Virus record (IMG/VR): IMGVR_UViG_3300035182_001315
From: a virus
Taxonomy: Duplodnaviria > Caudoviricetes
Direction: 5' to 3' (one strand)
DNA: 64,000 bases
Positions 10,520 to 20,132 of this stretch are shown here, piece by piece; positions within the stretch are counted from its first letter, which is position 1, and every line of letters starts with the position of its first letter. A program made the translations under genes and the position numbers. The notes beneath the pieces were generated by a model. It had not been told where the DNA came from and did not search any database. It saw nothing but the letters and a program-made list of their open reading frames with translations.

Positions 10520-10600
10520 AACGTTAACTCACGAATTGGTATCGACCCCTCAGAAGGTTTTGAGTTGTCAAAAGGCAACAAAGATATTGGTTCATAATAA
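10520..10600 (+). promoter_or_regulatory. candidate structured 5' leader RNA
   Basis: Two adjacent hairpins (CTCAGA/TTTGAG; GTTGTC/GGCAAC) enclosed by GTATC/GATAT; follows a TTGACT-16-TATATT promoter-like sequence. Confidence 0.35.
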
Positions 10601-10617
10601 AAAAATTAAAAGTTAAA

Positions 10618-11511
10618 ATGAAACAATTTACCACAGGACCAAGAGTCCCAGAGGCCCACATTTGTATTAACAAATCCAAGCTAAAAATCTACAACAAAGA
10701 AACAGACCCTACCTTCTATTTAGAGGACGGGCAAGAGTTCCAAATCGAACTTTACAATCCAACTGAGGACACTATTCTCGCAAAGATTCACCTTAATGAC
10801 AAGCCTATCTCACAGGGCGGACTTGTGCTTAAGCCGGGGCAAAGAGTTTTCTTAGAACGTTACCTTGACGTTGCAAGAAAGTTCCTGTTCGAAACTTACG
10901 AAGTATCCAACTCAACGGAAGTAAAAGAAGCCATCAAAAAGAATGGTGATTTCAAGGTTCAATTCTTCAGAGAATCAAGACCCTTTTACAATCTGCCAAT
11001 CGTCATAACAACGTATACGAACCATTACCCATGGAATCAGCCACACGTTTATCGTATGAGTGACCAGAACCAATACAACGGTCTTCAGGGACTAAGTGGA
11101 AACATTAAGTCAGCCAACGCTTTCTTTAGTTCAACCAATATGGATGTCAACGGACTGGTTGGTTCAACAACGACATACAACAGTAACGCAAACTTTTCAT
11201 CAAGCGTTACATTGGATGGTATGGGAATGAATGATGCGAAAGCCGAACCATTAAAGAAGTCTATCTTGAGAAGTGCAAAGAAGATTGAAACAGGCCGTGT
11301 TGAACAGGGTAGTTCTTCTGACCAAGAATTGACCTACGTAAACAAGTCATTTGATTTGTATGCATTCTGTACTGTTGAATATAAGATGCTTCCAGTATCA
11401 CAGAAGATTAATACCGTGGATGATGTTAACGTTGCTCGCTATTGCGGCAACTGCGGAACAAAGCAAAAAGCTGAACATAACTTCTGCCCAACATGCGGCC
11501 AGAAGAAATAA
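10618..11511 (+). CDS. hypothetical protein with C-terminal zinc ribbon
   Basis: 297 aa; ends YCGNCG......NFCPTCG. Confidence 0.7.
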   Translation: MKQFTTGPRVPEAHICINKSKLKIYNKETDPTFYLEDGQEFQIELYNPTEDTILAKIHLNDKPISQGGLVLKPGQRVFLERYLDVARKFLFETYEVSNSTEVKEAIKKNGDFKVQFFRESRPFYNLPIVITTYTNHYPWNQPHVYRMSDQNQYNGLQGLSGNIKSANAFFSSTNMDVNGLVGSTTTYNSNANFSSSVTLDGMGMNDAKAEPLKKSILRSAKKIETGRVEQGSSSDQELTYVNKSFDLYAFCTVEYKMLPVSQKINTVDDVNVARYCGNCGTKQKAEHNFCPTCGQKK

Positions 11512-11537
11512 AAAATAAGGGTTAACGTATAAAAATC

Positions 11538-11566
11538 GGGTAGAATTTGTATTCTACCCTTTTTTT
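11538..11566 (+). terminator. intrinsic terminator
   Basis: GGGTAGAAT-TTGT-ATTCTACCC followed by T7. Confidence 0.85.
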
Positions 11567-11582
11567 ATGTATATTTATTTAT

Positions 11583-11681
11583 ATGGAAAATAACTATGCT
11601 AAAATGAGAGGTGGTTGTTATTTGTTGACCATCTTATTCTTGGGTCTGGTAATCTCACCGCCATGGGGATTTGCTGGCTAA
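11583..11681 (+). CDS. small (32 aa) membrane peptide, not in the ORF track
   Basis: MENNYAKMRGGCYLLTILFLGLVISPPWGFAG; ATATTTAT 4 nt upstream of the ATG. Confidence 0.45.
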   Translation: MENNYAKMRGGCYLLTILFLGLVISPPWGFAG

Positions 11682-11685
11682 TCTT

Positions 11686-12108
11686 CTAAATCTCCATATA
11701 CGGATAAAGATGGTTCAGAATCTCCTGAGCCGTTGTACGCCATGAAACCAAGATATCAGCAGTAATTAACTTGCTCTTGATGGGTTTCGGATGGTCAGAG
11801 AACCTTACACAATATTGCGGATTGTTTTTCCTGTCATAGATATAAACTGATTCAGTTGATTTGGACCATTTCACCAGACAACCCTTCTTTTCAATCCACA
11901 GGCCAATTCTTTTCAACTTTATACAACATAACATGTGTTCAAACGTTTCAAGGCTGAAGGAATCCTTGCTTTCAGGATGATTGAGGAACACACGCATGCT
12001 TATATCCGCAGAGCCATTGACCCTTGCGTTGAATATCTTGATGTTCGGGAAGAACCTCTTACCCTCAAGATATAGCTCACGAATTTGTGTTTGATTCAAT
12101 TCAGCCAT
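11686..12108 (-). CDS. hypothetical protein, paralog of 12147..12590
   Basis: Shared blocks EGK.FFP, SK.T.S.Y, .R.S.H, D.LV.W.T...EILN..Y. Confidence 0.7.
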   Translation of the reverse strand: MAELNQTQIRELYLEGKRFFPNIKIFNARVNGSADISMRVFLNHPESKDSFSLETFEHMLCCIKLKRIGLWIEKKGCLVKWSKSTESVYIYDRKNNPQYCVRFSDHPKPIKSKLITADILVSWRTTAQEILNHLYPYMEI

Positions 12109-12146
12109 TATACAAAATAAATGAAAATTCTGGAGATATCCAAAAA

Positions 12147-12590
12147 TTAATGAACCTTAACAAGGTCATAAATGGCATTGAGGATTTCAAGGAGAGATGT
12201 ACTCCAGCGTACAAGGAAATCTGGACCGTCATGTGAACCCTTTCTGTGATTAGAAATTCTTATGATTTCCTTGAGCCCACGAACATAAATTGAAGAAGTT
12301 GTCTTCGATTTCTTATATGGAATGTTCTTCTGATTCAGCCAATCCTCAATCTTTACAACCTTAGCGGCAGCAATCTCTTGTTCAAACCCACCCAAGGACA
12401 CTGTACGGTCCTGTTCAGGAATCTCAACGGCCACCTGTGTCTTCTGAGGCTGGTCTGCATTAGCCGGTACAAGTCTCATTTGTGGGAAAAACTTCTTTCC
12501 TTCCTTCTCCAAAGCGGCCAAGGATGCAGGGTCAGACTTGGAATTCTCATCCAATGATTCACGTACTAATTGTTTGATTAAGTCCTTCAT
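12147..12590 (-). CDS. hypothetical protein with MKDLIKQLVRES leader, paralog of 11686..12108
   Basis: ATG at 12590 follows an ATATTTAT motif; shared motifs with downstream gene. Confidence 0.7.
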   Translation of the reverse strand: MKDLIKQLVRESLDENSKSDPASLAALEKEGKKFFPQMRLVPANADQPQKTQVAVEIPEQDRTVSLGGFEQEIAAAKVVKIEDWLNQKNIPYKKSKTTSSIYVRGLKEIIRISNHRKGSHDGPDFLVRWSTSLLEILNAIYDLVKVH

Positions 12591-12681
12591 AACCATAAAT
12601 ATCCAGTTAAAAAATAAAGTTGGGTTTAAACTTGGCGCTATCCAGCTTTTTTTGGTACCTTTGCGCCAAATTGTAAGAGTT

Positions 12682-12945
12682 ATGATTAACCCATTTATAA
12701 AACGTTTGAGAGAAGAAGATATTGTTTTGGTAATCGATACCAAATATAACTTCGACCTCATTACCGCCCACCTTACCAATCATCGTGTTACAGTTGATAT
12801 TGATTGGGCAGACGCATGCTATAATGAGAATGATAACTTTGCCGTTATCGATAACAGCTTCTCATTGGTTGATGATTCATTCGAGCCATCACAGACCGTT
12901 GAAGCCGAAGAGTTCTTTACCCTTTTAAATGCAAGTTATGCCTGA
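12682..12945 (+). CDS. hypothetical protein
   Basis: MINPFIKRLREED..., internal ATG of track ORF 12538..12945. Confidence 0.55.
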   Translation: MINPFIKRLREEDIVLVIDTKYNFDLITAHLTNHRVTVDIDWADACYNENDNFAVIDNSFSLVDDSFEPSQTVEAEEFFTLLNASYA

Positions 12946-13167
12946 GATAATCAAACTGGGAGTTCTCCTACAAAACAGGAAGATTAAATTAAGATGCGGT
13001 GAATATGTACCATATTCACCGCAGAAATTTGGGAATTCAGACCCAATCCACAACCTGAAGAGTCATCAGAATACGTTATCTGTCCATTGCCGGAATGTGG
13101 AAATCAATGCTGGGATTACGAAGGCGATGATGTGCCGGTAAACGAAGATAAAGACGAAGACGAATAA
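12938..13167 (+). pseudogene. small Cys-containing protein split by a frameshift near 13004
   Basis: Frame A MPEIIKLG...KLRCGE then the -1 frame continues CTIFTAEIWEFRPNP...ICPLPECGNQCWDY...DE*. Confidence 0.4.
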
Positions 13168-13200
13168 ACGATTTAAAACTTGCCTTCATGAAGAAATCTT

Positions 13201-13404
13201 ATGAAGACAATCCTAACCACCATTATCCTATTGCTGATTCTCTATGTAAGTACCAGCTGTAGCCCTAACCTGTTGAAGTATGGCCATGAACATCACGAGA
13301 TGGAATTGGTTCAAGAGACGGACAGCATCGCCGTCTTCAGATGTATCAGGAATTGCCCATTTACCCACACGTATTACTTCAAGGGATGGAAGAAAAATCA
13401 ATAA
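13201..13404 (+). CDS. small lipoprotein
   Basis: MKTILTTIILLLILYVSTS-C lipobox-like signal peptide. Confidence 0.55.
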   Translation: MKTILTTIILLLILYVSTSCSPNLLKYGHEHHEMELVQETDSIAVFRCIRNCPFTHTYYFKGWKKNQ

Positions 13405-13406
13405 AC

Positions 13407-13616
13407 ATGGAAATCAAAGAAGCACAACGTGCCCTGTATGACAGCATCAAAGAACATGATGATGTTACCGGCGCATCATCCAATGATGTTGAAATTAAAA
13501 TCATGCTCATTAAGAAATCTAAGAGTGTAATGAAAATTATTCCTAAGACCTACGAAGGATTCAAGGTAATCGTTGATGTTACCGGCGTAATCCGTCCATT
13601 AAGAGCAACCTTATGA
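13407..13616 (+). CDS. hypothetical protein
   Basis: MEIKEAQRALY..., ATG just after upstream stop. Confidence 0.55.
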   Translation: MEIKEAQRALYDSIKEHDDVTGASSNDVEIKIMLIKKSKSVMKIIPKTYEGFKVIVDVTGVIRPLRATL

Positions 13617-13786
13617 CAAAAGACTGGATAAAATGCAGCAACCAACTCCCACAAACCGAGGGGTATTATAGGGTTCGCTATGATGACGGAACAGAGGACC
13701 AAAAACCCTTTCGCATCCGCCCATCGAAGGGCATTAACGGTTTCATGACTGAAAAAAATGTCGTAGCATGGAAAGAAAATAATTAA
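13613..13786 (+). CDS. small DUF551-like phage protein (57 aa), not in the ORF track
   Basis: MTKDWIKCSNQLP.....Y.V...DG......VVAW pattern; ATGA overlap with upstream stop. Confidence 0.55.
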   Translation: MTKDWIKCSNQLPQTEGYYRVRYDDGTEDQKPFRIRPSKGINGFMTEKNVVAWKENN

Positions 13787-13838
13787 TATTTGGTTGCAAA
13801 AGGATAAATATAGTAGTATCTTTGCAAAAATTTATACC

Positions 13839-14147
13839 ATGAGACGACCAATCGTAACCCAATGTGTTTCCGCAATCTTGAGAGATATTTTACGTGAACG
13901 TAAATCTAAAGAATTAACTCTTCTTATCGATAAAGAACAATACTATTTTTTGTATGACGAATCAATTGAATTTCTTAAGAAACCAAAAAAAGAGTTTAAT
14001 TACCATACACAAACACATGAAGAAATTGTTCGTGAATTATTAAATGCAGATGTAATAGCTGATTTCGAATTGAATGAAGAATTCAATGATGATAGTCAGG
14101 AATATAACTTAAGGATAAGTGATATTACTATTACTTCGAACCCTTAA
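13839..14147 (+). CDS. hypothetical protein
   Basis: ATG 14 nt after a TATCTTTG promoter element at 13817-13824. Confidence 0.6.
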   Translation: MRRPIVTQCVSAILRDILRERKSKELTLLIDKEQYYFLYDESIEFLKKPKKEFNYHTQTHEEIVRELLNADVIADFELNEEFNDDSQEYNLRISDITITSNP

Positions 14148-14805
14148 CATAGTTCTCCATGGCCCACATCGGCTGGAGATTATCCAAACACCAACATAAC
14201 TTAAACTCATGGTCATCAGTAGACGTAAAGTTGAACTTGGCCATGGGTATTTTATGGTCAACATGCCATAACCCATAGTTCTCCCAATTCATTCCCTCAG
14301 TGAATAAAGCCTCAAGGTGAGATATCAATTCGTCAAGGGTATATCCCAGCGTTTCAAACGTTGAGCGATATTTGGCCACGTCAGCCTCTTTAAGACAAGT
14401 CCAAACCGCAGTGCGAGTTCTCGCCGCCAGCCGGTACTTGGGGTCAGTTGCCCTTCTTGTTCTTTCATAATCCCTTTGCCTTGCAGCATTCTCAGGATTA
14501 TCCTTGCGCCATTCAGCATGATACTCACGTAATTCTTCACGATTATTTTCAGACCATTCTTTATGATATTTTTGTAATTCTGGTTTTCTCTTTTTATAAT
14601 ATCGCTTGGCAGCGGCAGGCTTCCCTCCAATGTTTCTCCGCCCCGGCTGGTCCAATACAACCCCATTCTCTTTCAGCGTTCGATTGATAACAACCTTATG
14701 CGCACCAATGGCTTTACCTATAGCCGGTGTGCCCATCTTCTCTTCAGTATATAACCTAATTATTTCTTTAACCTGTTCCTTTGTAAATTCTACCTTTTTT
14801 CCCAT
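14131..14805 (-). CDS. HNH homing endonuclease next to the major capsid gene
   Basis: LGYTLDELISHLEALFTEGMNWENYGLWHVDHKIP...LDNLQPMW..EN..K; own TATCTTTG element at 14809-14816. Confidence 0.85.
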   Translation of the reverse strand: MGKKVEFTKEQVKEIIRLYTEEKMGTPAIGKAIGAHKVVINRTLKENGVVLDQPGRRNIGGKPAAAKRYYKKRKPELQKYHKEWSENNREELREYHAEWRKDNPENAARQRDYERTRRATDPKYRLAARTRTAVWTCLKEADVAKYRSTFETLGYTLDELISHLEALFTEGMNWENYGLWHVDHKIPMAKFNFTSTDDHEFKLCWCLDNLQPMWAMENYVKGSK

Positions 14806-14891
14806 ATGCAAAGATACGATTATTTTCTGATAAAGTAAAGAATTTCATACAACCATAGAATCTGTTATTAATGGGTGGCGTTTATACAAAC

Positions 14892-14918
14892 AAAAAACCC
14901 CTGAATAAAATTCAGGGG
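14892..14918 (-). terminator. intrinsic terminator of the capsid operon
   Basis: CCCCTGAAT-loop-ATTCAGGGG followed by T6 on the minus strand. Confidence 0.8.
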
Positions 14919-14943
14919 CTTTAAGTTATTGATTTAGAAGAGA

Positions 14944-16809
14944 TTATCTCAATTCATTTACGTTGAAGGTAGGAACACCATCTACACGAATATGCCCGTA
15001 GAAGCGGTTATTTACGACCTTTTTTGCGTAACGAGTCATGATACCCTTCACCGGAGCGAAGTTGAATGGATTGTACATTGTTGGGGTTAACTGCAACGGC
15101 ACGTAAGGTGCGTAGATATAACCTGTGTCCAAAAGTGACTTACCCTTGTGACCGATGATAACACTATACGCTGGAGCGTAAGGGTCACGGTAAACTTGGT
15201 AACGACCACCTAAAGTACCGATACGTTCGATACCCATGTTGTACTGGTCCTGTTCTGGGTTAGCGTCAGATACGTGGAAATATTCCAAGTCATCAAATAC
15301 AGCAGAGATTTCAGAAGAAACTACGATGAAGTTTGCACCACCACGTAAAGTTGACTTGTGAATCTGAGCAGAGATTTGGTTTACTCTTGTGATAAGAGTT
15401 TGGTTCCAGTCTTTCTGAGTGTATGGACTTGCAGCAGATGAAGCTTTTCTCCAACCGTTGTAATCCCAACGCAACTGCCATGCAGCAGCCTTTCTGATGT
15501 CTCTCAAGATTTCTCTGTCGATTTCAGCCGCAACCTGCTCAGACAACATAGCTGTAAGTTCAGCTTCTGCGTCGATGTTATGGAATGCGCTAACGTCTTG
15601 AGCAAGCTCTGGAGACCATGTAGCACGTAATTTTCTTTCTTCAACAGCAACAACAACTTCGTCCAATTTGAATGATACTTCACCCATTTCAGTTTCAAGT
15701 TCCAATGAAGCGTATTGGCCCCAAGCAACAGAGAAAGAAGCAGCTGATAATGATACAGAACCAGCGTAAGTTGTAGCAGATGCACCGATGTAACCATCGA
15801 ATGTAGAAGTACCCGGAGATACTAATGAACCAGCCGCAGTTGAACCAACTGGGTGAGTCAAGTCAAGACCCAAGTACAAAGTACCTGTAACGTCAGTCAA
15901 GTTCTGGTAATCTACGATACCACGACCGTACTGCTGAGTCATAAGACGGAAAGGAACTTCCTTGTTGATAGCGATAATTGTGTTACCGTCCTTATCAAGG
16001 ATTGCGCTGTTAGCGATAACGTGGATAGAAGCCAAGAAAGATTCTGTATCCATTGAGTTACCGTCAGCACCAGCAAGGATTTGCTTAGTTGCGTATGGAG
16101 TGAAACCAGTTACGCCAATGATAACCTGACGAACAGTACCATCGTTACCAGCAGCTACAGGAACACCGTTTGCGATGCTGTAATTACCAGTTGAATCCAA
16201 AGCCAATACATTGTAACCACCAGTGATGATTGTCAAAGTACCCTTAGAGTTATCGAACATACCATCGTTGTAGAATATATCGTACAAGTTCTTAGCTTGG
16301 TACTGAGTGATTGCACAACCTGTAGAGTTGATACATGATGGAAGACCTACAGCAACAACGTTACCATTGTTCATACCACCCAATGCAGTGTGTGCAGAGA
16401 AAGTAGTACCGTAGATGTCAGAAGCTGCTGTCTGAGTGTAGTCAGAACCGGCAAGACCGTTTCCGTCAACACGAGAAGATGTCTGAGGTACGAAGTAGAA
16501 CAACTTACCGATTGGCATGTTCATAGCTTGTACAGACACGATGTCGTTAGCCAAAAGCTTAGAGAATACTCTTCTCACGATAGGGAATACAACTGTTTCG
16601 AAAGAACCAGAAGACTGTGAGGTTGTAGATTCGCTCAACAAAGTTGAAGCTTGGTTTTCATACAACTGAGCAATGTTTTCCTTAACGTGTCCCTTAAGAC
16701 CTTCAAGGAAGCCAAGTGATTCCCACTTAGCTTGGGTTTCCTTACGGATAGCCTTCATGTGGTTTAAACCGATGTTACCCACTTGGCCAGATGTTAATAA
16801 ATGTGACAT
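14944..16809 (-). CDS. major capsid protein, T4 gp23-like
   Basis: FPIVRRVF, VSVQAMNMP.G..FY, RKLRATWSPELAQD..AFH.IDAEAEL, GYIYAPYVPL, GIMTRY. Confidence 0.95.
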   Translation of the reverse strand: MSHLLTSGQVGNIGLNHMKAIRKETQAKWESLGFLEGLKGHVKENIAQLYENQASTLLSESTTSQSSGSFETVVFPIVRRVFSKLLANDIVSVQAMNMPIGKLFYFVPQTSSRVDGNGLAGSDYTQTAASDIYGTTFSAHTALGGMNNGNVVAVGLPSCINSTGCAITQYQAKNLYDIFYNDGMFDNSKGTLTIITGGYNVLALDSTGNYSIANGVPVAAGNDGTVRQVIIGVTGFTPYATKQILAGADGNSMDTESFLASIHVIANSAILDKDGNTIIAINKEVPFRLMTQQYGRGIVDYQNLTDVTGTLYLGLDLTHPVGSTAAGSLVSPGTSTFDGYIGASATTYAGSVSLSAASFSVAWGQYASLELETEMGEVSFKLDEVVVAVEERKLRATWSPELAQDVSAFHNIDAEAELTAMLSEQVAAEIDREILRDIRKAAAWQLRWDYNGWRKASSAASPYTQKDWNQTLITRVNQISAQIHKSTLRGGANFIVVSSEISAVFDDLEYFHVSDANPEQDQYNMGIERIGTLGGRYQVYRDPYAPAYSVIIGHKGKSLLDTGYIYAPYVPLQLTPTMYNPFNFAPVKGIMTRYAKKVVNNRFYGHIRVDGVPTFNVNELR

Positions 16810-16830
16810 ATTGATTATGTTTTTAAGTTT

Positions 16831-18147
16831 TTAGTACTTATCTTTATTTTCAACTCTCTTAATCAAATCTTTGATTCTTTGAGTAGAAGGGTCAACGTAT
16901 GCAGTTGCTTCGTTTAATTGTTTTGAAGAACCTGTAGCGACCTCTTTTATTATTTTGTTTTCTACCGCTTCGTTTACTGGTTTCTTAGACTTAAGCTCGT
17001 TAACGATAGTTTTGTATAATCTTTTTGATTGTTCAAGAGTTGTTACCTCTTCGTCGAATCTCTGGATAAATTTCTTCTTCTCATCCTTGGTAGTTGCATG
17101 TTCCATGAACAATCTTGTTATGTAACTAAGATTGCTATTGAATACTACAGTTTCCACAAGCATGTTTCTGAATTTCTTTAGGGCTTCTTTGTATTCTTCG
17201 TTCTGGCCCTTAAGCTTTGTAGCTTCAGTCAACAATTTGTTGTACTTAACTTCAATGCCTTCAGTAACTATTTTCTTTGCAGTTGTAGTTGACTCTTTAA
17301 CGCTTGCTGCGCCAGCTCCCTTTGGTTGGCCAATCTTAGCCTTCCCCGGTAATCTGTGTGCTTGTGCAAGGCCAACAGGAATTGCTTCCTTTACCAAGTC
17401 TTCCTCTTCACCTTCAACAGGTGCTTCACCTTCTGCAATTGGTTCTTCTTCATCATCAGTAGCAGGAGCTTCTTCGCCACCTTCAGCTGGAGTTTCGGCA
17501 TCATCATCATCATCATCATCATCCATAGCGATTTCGTAACTCATCTCATCATCGTCACCACCTTCTGCGCCCATGTCACCACCAAGTTCTCCACCGATTG
17601 CTTCGTCACCTACTGGTGCTTCTGCTGCTGGTGTGCCACCTGCCTTAACAATGTACTCTCCCGGTTCGCTAATAGTCATGTGAATTTCGTCACCCACAAC
17701 TTCGATTTCGTCTTCGCCACTCAATTTCTTGTAGATAGCTATAACGTCATCATCTGAGGCATCAGTCATATCTAATTCATCCCCATCCAACGCATCTGCG
17801 TCCGTTCCAAATTCTTGACCCATTTCTGGTTCAACTTCATCTGAGGTTTGAATAGCTGAATCGTCAGTTTCGTCCCCGCCAATGCCTTCGATTCCTGCGT
17901 CTGGAGTTTCTGCGCCCACTTCTTCTCCTGCTGGAGCTTCAGTTTCTTCACCATCCATTTCGCCATCTTCATCACCATCGACAGTTTCTTCTTCAAAATC
18001 ATTTTCAGTTAATGATTCTTTCACCAGACCAGCAATTTCTTCTTTCGCAACGGAACGAAGTATTTCTTTGGTATTGGCATTCAAAGCATTCTTGATTTTT
18101 GTAACATCAAGTAACGCTTCTTCAATAATTGATTTCTTTTCTGCCAT
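16831..18147 (-). CDS. prohead core/scaffold protein (gp22-like)
   Basis: Very acidic low-complexity middle, coiled-coil C-terminus, between protease and capsid genes. Confidence 0.75.
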   Translation of the reverse strand: MAEKKSIIEEALLDVTKIKNALNANTKEILRSVAKEEIAGLVKESLTENDFEEETVDGDEDGEMDGEETEAPAGEEVGAETPDAGIEGIGGDETDDSAIQTSDEVEPEMGQEFGTDADALDGDELDMTDASDDDVIAIYKKLSGEDEIEVVGDEIHMTISEPGEYIVKAGGTPAAEAPVGDEAIGGELGGDMGAEGGDDDEMSYEIAMDDDDDDDDAETPAEGGEEAPATDDEEEPIAEGEAPVEGEEEDLVKEAIPVGLAQAHRLPGKAKIGQPKGAGAASVKESTTTAKKIVTEGIEVKYNKLLTEATKLKGQNEEYKEALKKFRNMLVETVVFNSNLSYITRLFMEHATTKDEKKKFIQRFDEEVTTLEQSKRLYKTIVNELKSKKPVNEAVENKIIKEVATGSSKQLNEATAYVDPSTQRIKDLIKRVENKDKY

Positions 18148-18276
18148 TTTATTGTTTTTTGTTGTTTTATTTATTTCTGATAAATAACAAAATGAGTATT
18201 ACTCACTTACATAATAAATATATCTTTTTTGAAGAAAAGTTCTTTTTGATAAAATTTTTTTACCAAAAAAGGATAC

Positions 18277-18972
18277 TTAACCCAATAAAAAGCTATCTAA
18301 CCCCTCGTTAAGTGTACTTTTCTTCCCCTGAACGCTCTCCACATAAGGTTTTGCCTCGGCTGCATGCTTAAACATCCATGACCCCGGCGTACTTGGAGCC
18401 GTTACAATATCCCAGCAAATCAATTCAAAATCCTCTTGTACGATGAAATCACCCTTCACTTCCTTCAACGAACCAACACCTCTTGAGGAAACCCCAATCA
18501 TAATGTTGTTCCTTAAAAGGTTTGCAACCTCGTCACCCTTGGTAGAAACAATGCCGTAATTGATGTAACCCTTAGACATAAGGATTTCCATTTGGCCCAT
18601 AAGCGTATGCCCTTCCCACCAAGTCTTGATGATATTGTGGGAAATACGGTCACCGGCAATTACTGATGATTCTGGGTGATCCAATTCACCAACAGCTCTT
18701 CTTTCGTGAATAGCTTGCTGATAAATTTCATTCTGTGTCTTGAGAATATGTTCTGGGTAGATTCTTCCATTACGGTTCTTCACGTTGTACTTCTGAAGAA
18801 CAACATATACAATTAGGGTATCTGTAGCATCACCCTTTCCAGCATCCAACTTTGCGAATTCTCTTATGAGGTTTGAATTCTTTGGGTCAGTCGGAGAGAT
18901 ATAACCGGCATCCTGCTCAATTAAGTAGCCAAACCCTGTTTTACCTGCCTTTAATATTTTGATGTCATCCAT
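18277..18972 (-). CDS. prohead core protease, T4 gp21-like
   Basis: NRNGRIYP, AVGELDHP, ISH, GVSSRGVGS, WDIV..PS. Confidence 0.92.
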   Translation of the reverse strand: MDDIKILKAGKTGFGYLIEQDAGYISPTDPKNSNLIREFAKLDAGKGDATDTLIVYVVLQKYNVKNRNGRIYPEHILKTQNEIYQQAIHERRAVGELDHPESSVIAGDRISHNIIKTWWEGHTLMGQMEILMSKGYINYGIVSTKGDEVANLLRNNIMIGVSSRGVGSLKEVKGDFIVQEDFELICWDIVTAPSTPGSWMFKHAAEAKPYVESVQGKKSTLNEGLDSFLLG

Positions 18973-19044
18973 ATTTGCATATTATCTTAATAAATATGCA
19001 CTTAACAACAAAAAACCCCAGCTTTAAGGCCGGGGCTTGTTTTC

Positions 19045-19488
19045 TTATTTCTTTTTCTTGTGGAAGGTGAAGTTCTTGTTGCTTTCGAAGATGTTTTTGA
19101 TGACCACGTTAACGATATCCTCAACTATTGGCATAAGGTATTCTGAGTTAACTGGAATCTCGTAATTCAAATATAAGGTTATTTCACAGTTTATAAAGCT
19201 ACGCTTGCCGTACTTTATCCCAGATTCCCTGATATCGAAGTCAATTATAGTCCTATCTTTTGCGAAGGGACTGGCCACATCCAGCGATAACTCATTGAAG
19301 AGGGCCTGTCTGATTTCTTTATCGAGGTTTCTGATTATCCTGCCGTACCTGATTTCTCCTTCTGTACGAGGGTCCGCCCAAGCGGAAATGTTAATGTAGA
19401 TAGCTTTCGGGGCTTTGTTATTGACGCTGCCGTAAACAATGTTGTAATTTCTGAATTGCTCAATTTTGAGTTCTTTGCCTTTTTTCAT
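19045..19488 (-). CDS. hypothetical protein
   Basis: 147-aa ORF followed by a hairpin/T-run at about 19011-19035. Confidence 0.65.
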   Translation of the reverse strand: MKKGKELKIEQFRNYNIVYGSVNNKAPKAIYINISAWADPRTEGEIRYGRIIRNLDKEIRQALFNELSLDVASPFAKDRTIIDFDIRESGIKYGKRSFINCEITLYLNYEIPVNSEYLMPIVEDIVNVVIKNIFESNKNFTFHKKKK

Positions 19489-19544
19489 AGAATATACCCG
19501 GTGTTTTTACTAATATACTCAATTTTAATGAAAGAGTCAAGTGG

Positions 19545-19880
19545 TTAGAATTTACCCCATAATACTACAGCTAAACCAACCAAAATTTGAAGAACCGAAA
19601 TAATGGCAACGGTTGCCACCCACTTTGACTTCTGCTTGTAGATTTCATCCTTGGCTTCCTTCATCTGAGCCGGTGACCAAACATCACCAACCTTCTCAAT
19701 CCAAATCTTGTGGTCAGCCACAGCCTTTTCAGTATTTTTAAAGTCAGATAGAACCTTACCCATTTCCTGAAAACGGAAACCAATGTCCTCACGCATCTTT
19801 TCGTAATTCTCATTGAGTCTTTCCAATTCTTTTAGAACAAGTTTACTATAGTCGCCCCATGTGTCTTTAACTTCTGACAT
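19545..19880 (-). CDS. coiled-coil protein with C-terminal transmembrane helix
   Basis: KWVATVAIISVLQILVGLAVVLW hydrophobic tail. Confidence 0.6.
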   Translation of the reverse strand: MSEVKDTWGDYSKLVLKELERLNENYEKMREDIGFRFQEMGKVLSDFKNTEKAVADHKIWIEKVGDVWSPAQMKEAKDEIYKQKSKWVATVAIISVLQILVGLAVVLWGKF

Positions 19881-19884
19881 AATT

Positions 19885-20115
19885 TTAAATGTTGCTTAAT
19901 ATTTTTTTTATTTGTGCGCACATCTTTTCGTAGAACTTTAGCTTATCGGCTTCAACCAAAAAAGTCTTTGGCTCAACCTCAACTATACCAGCAATTTGGT
20001 CAATTATTTCTCTGGAAGATTTTCTTTCAGATGATTCCTCTGTCATTCTTGCTGTAAGCTCTCTTAACTTCAAGATGTTTTCGCTTGGTCTTCTTAGAAC
20101 GTTTTCTTGTAACAT
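19885..20115 (-). CDS. hypothetical protein
   Basis: 76-aa ORF in the head operon. Confidence 0.5.
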   Translation of the reverse strand: MLQENVLRRPSENILKLRELTARMTEESSERKSSREIIDQIAGIVEVEPKTFLVEADKLKFYEKMCAQIKKILSNI

Positions 20116-20132
20116 GTTTGTGAAAATTTTTT

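Noticed and set aside
17500-17523. (CAT)n microsatellite
   Set aside because: Encodes the poly-Asp tract of the acidic scaffold protein; no separate function needed.
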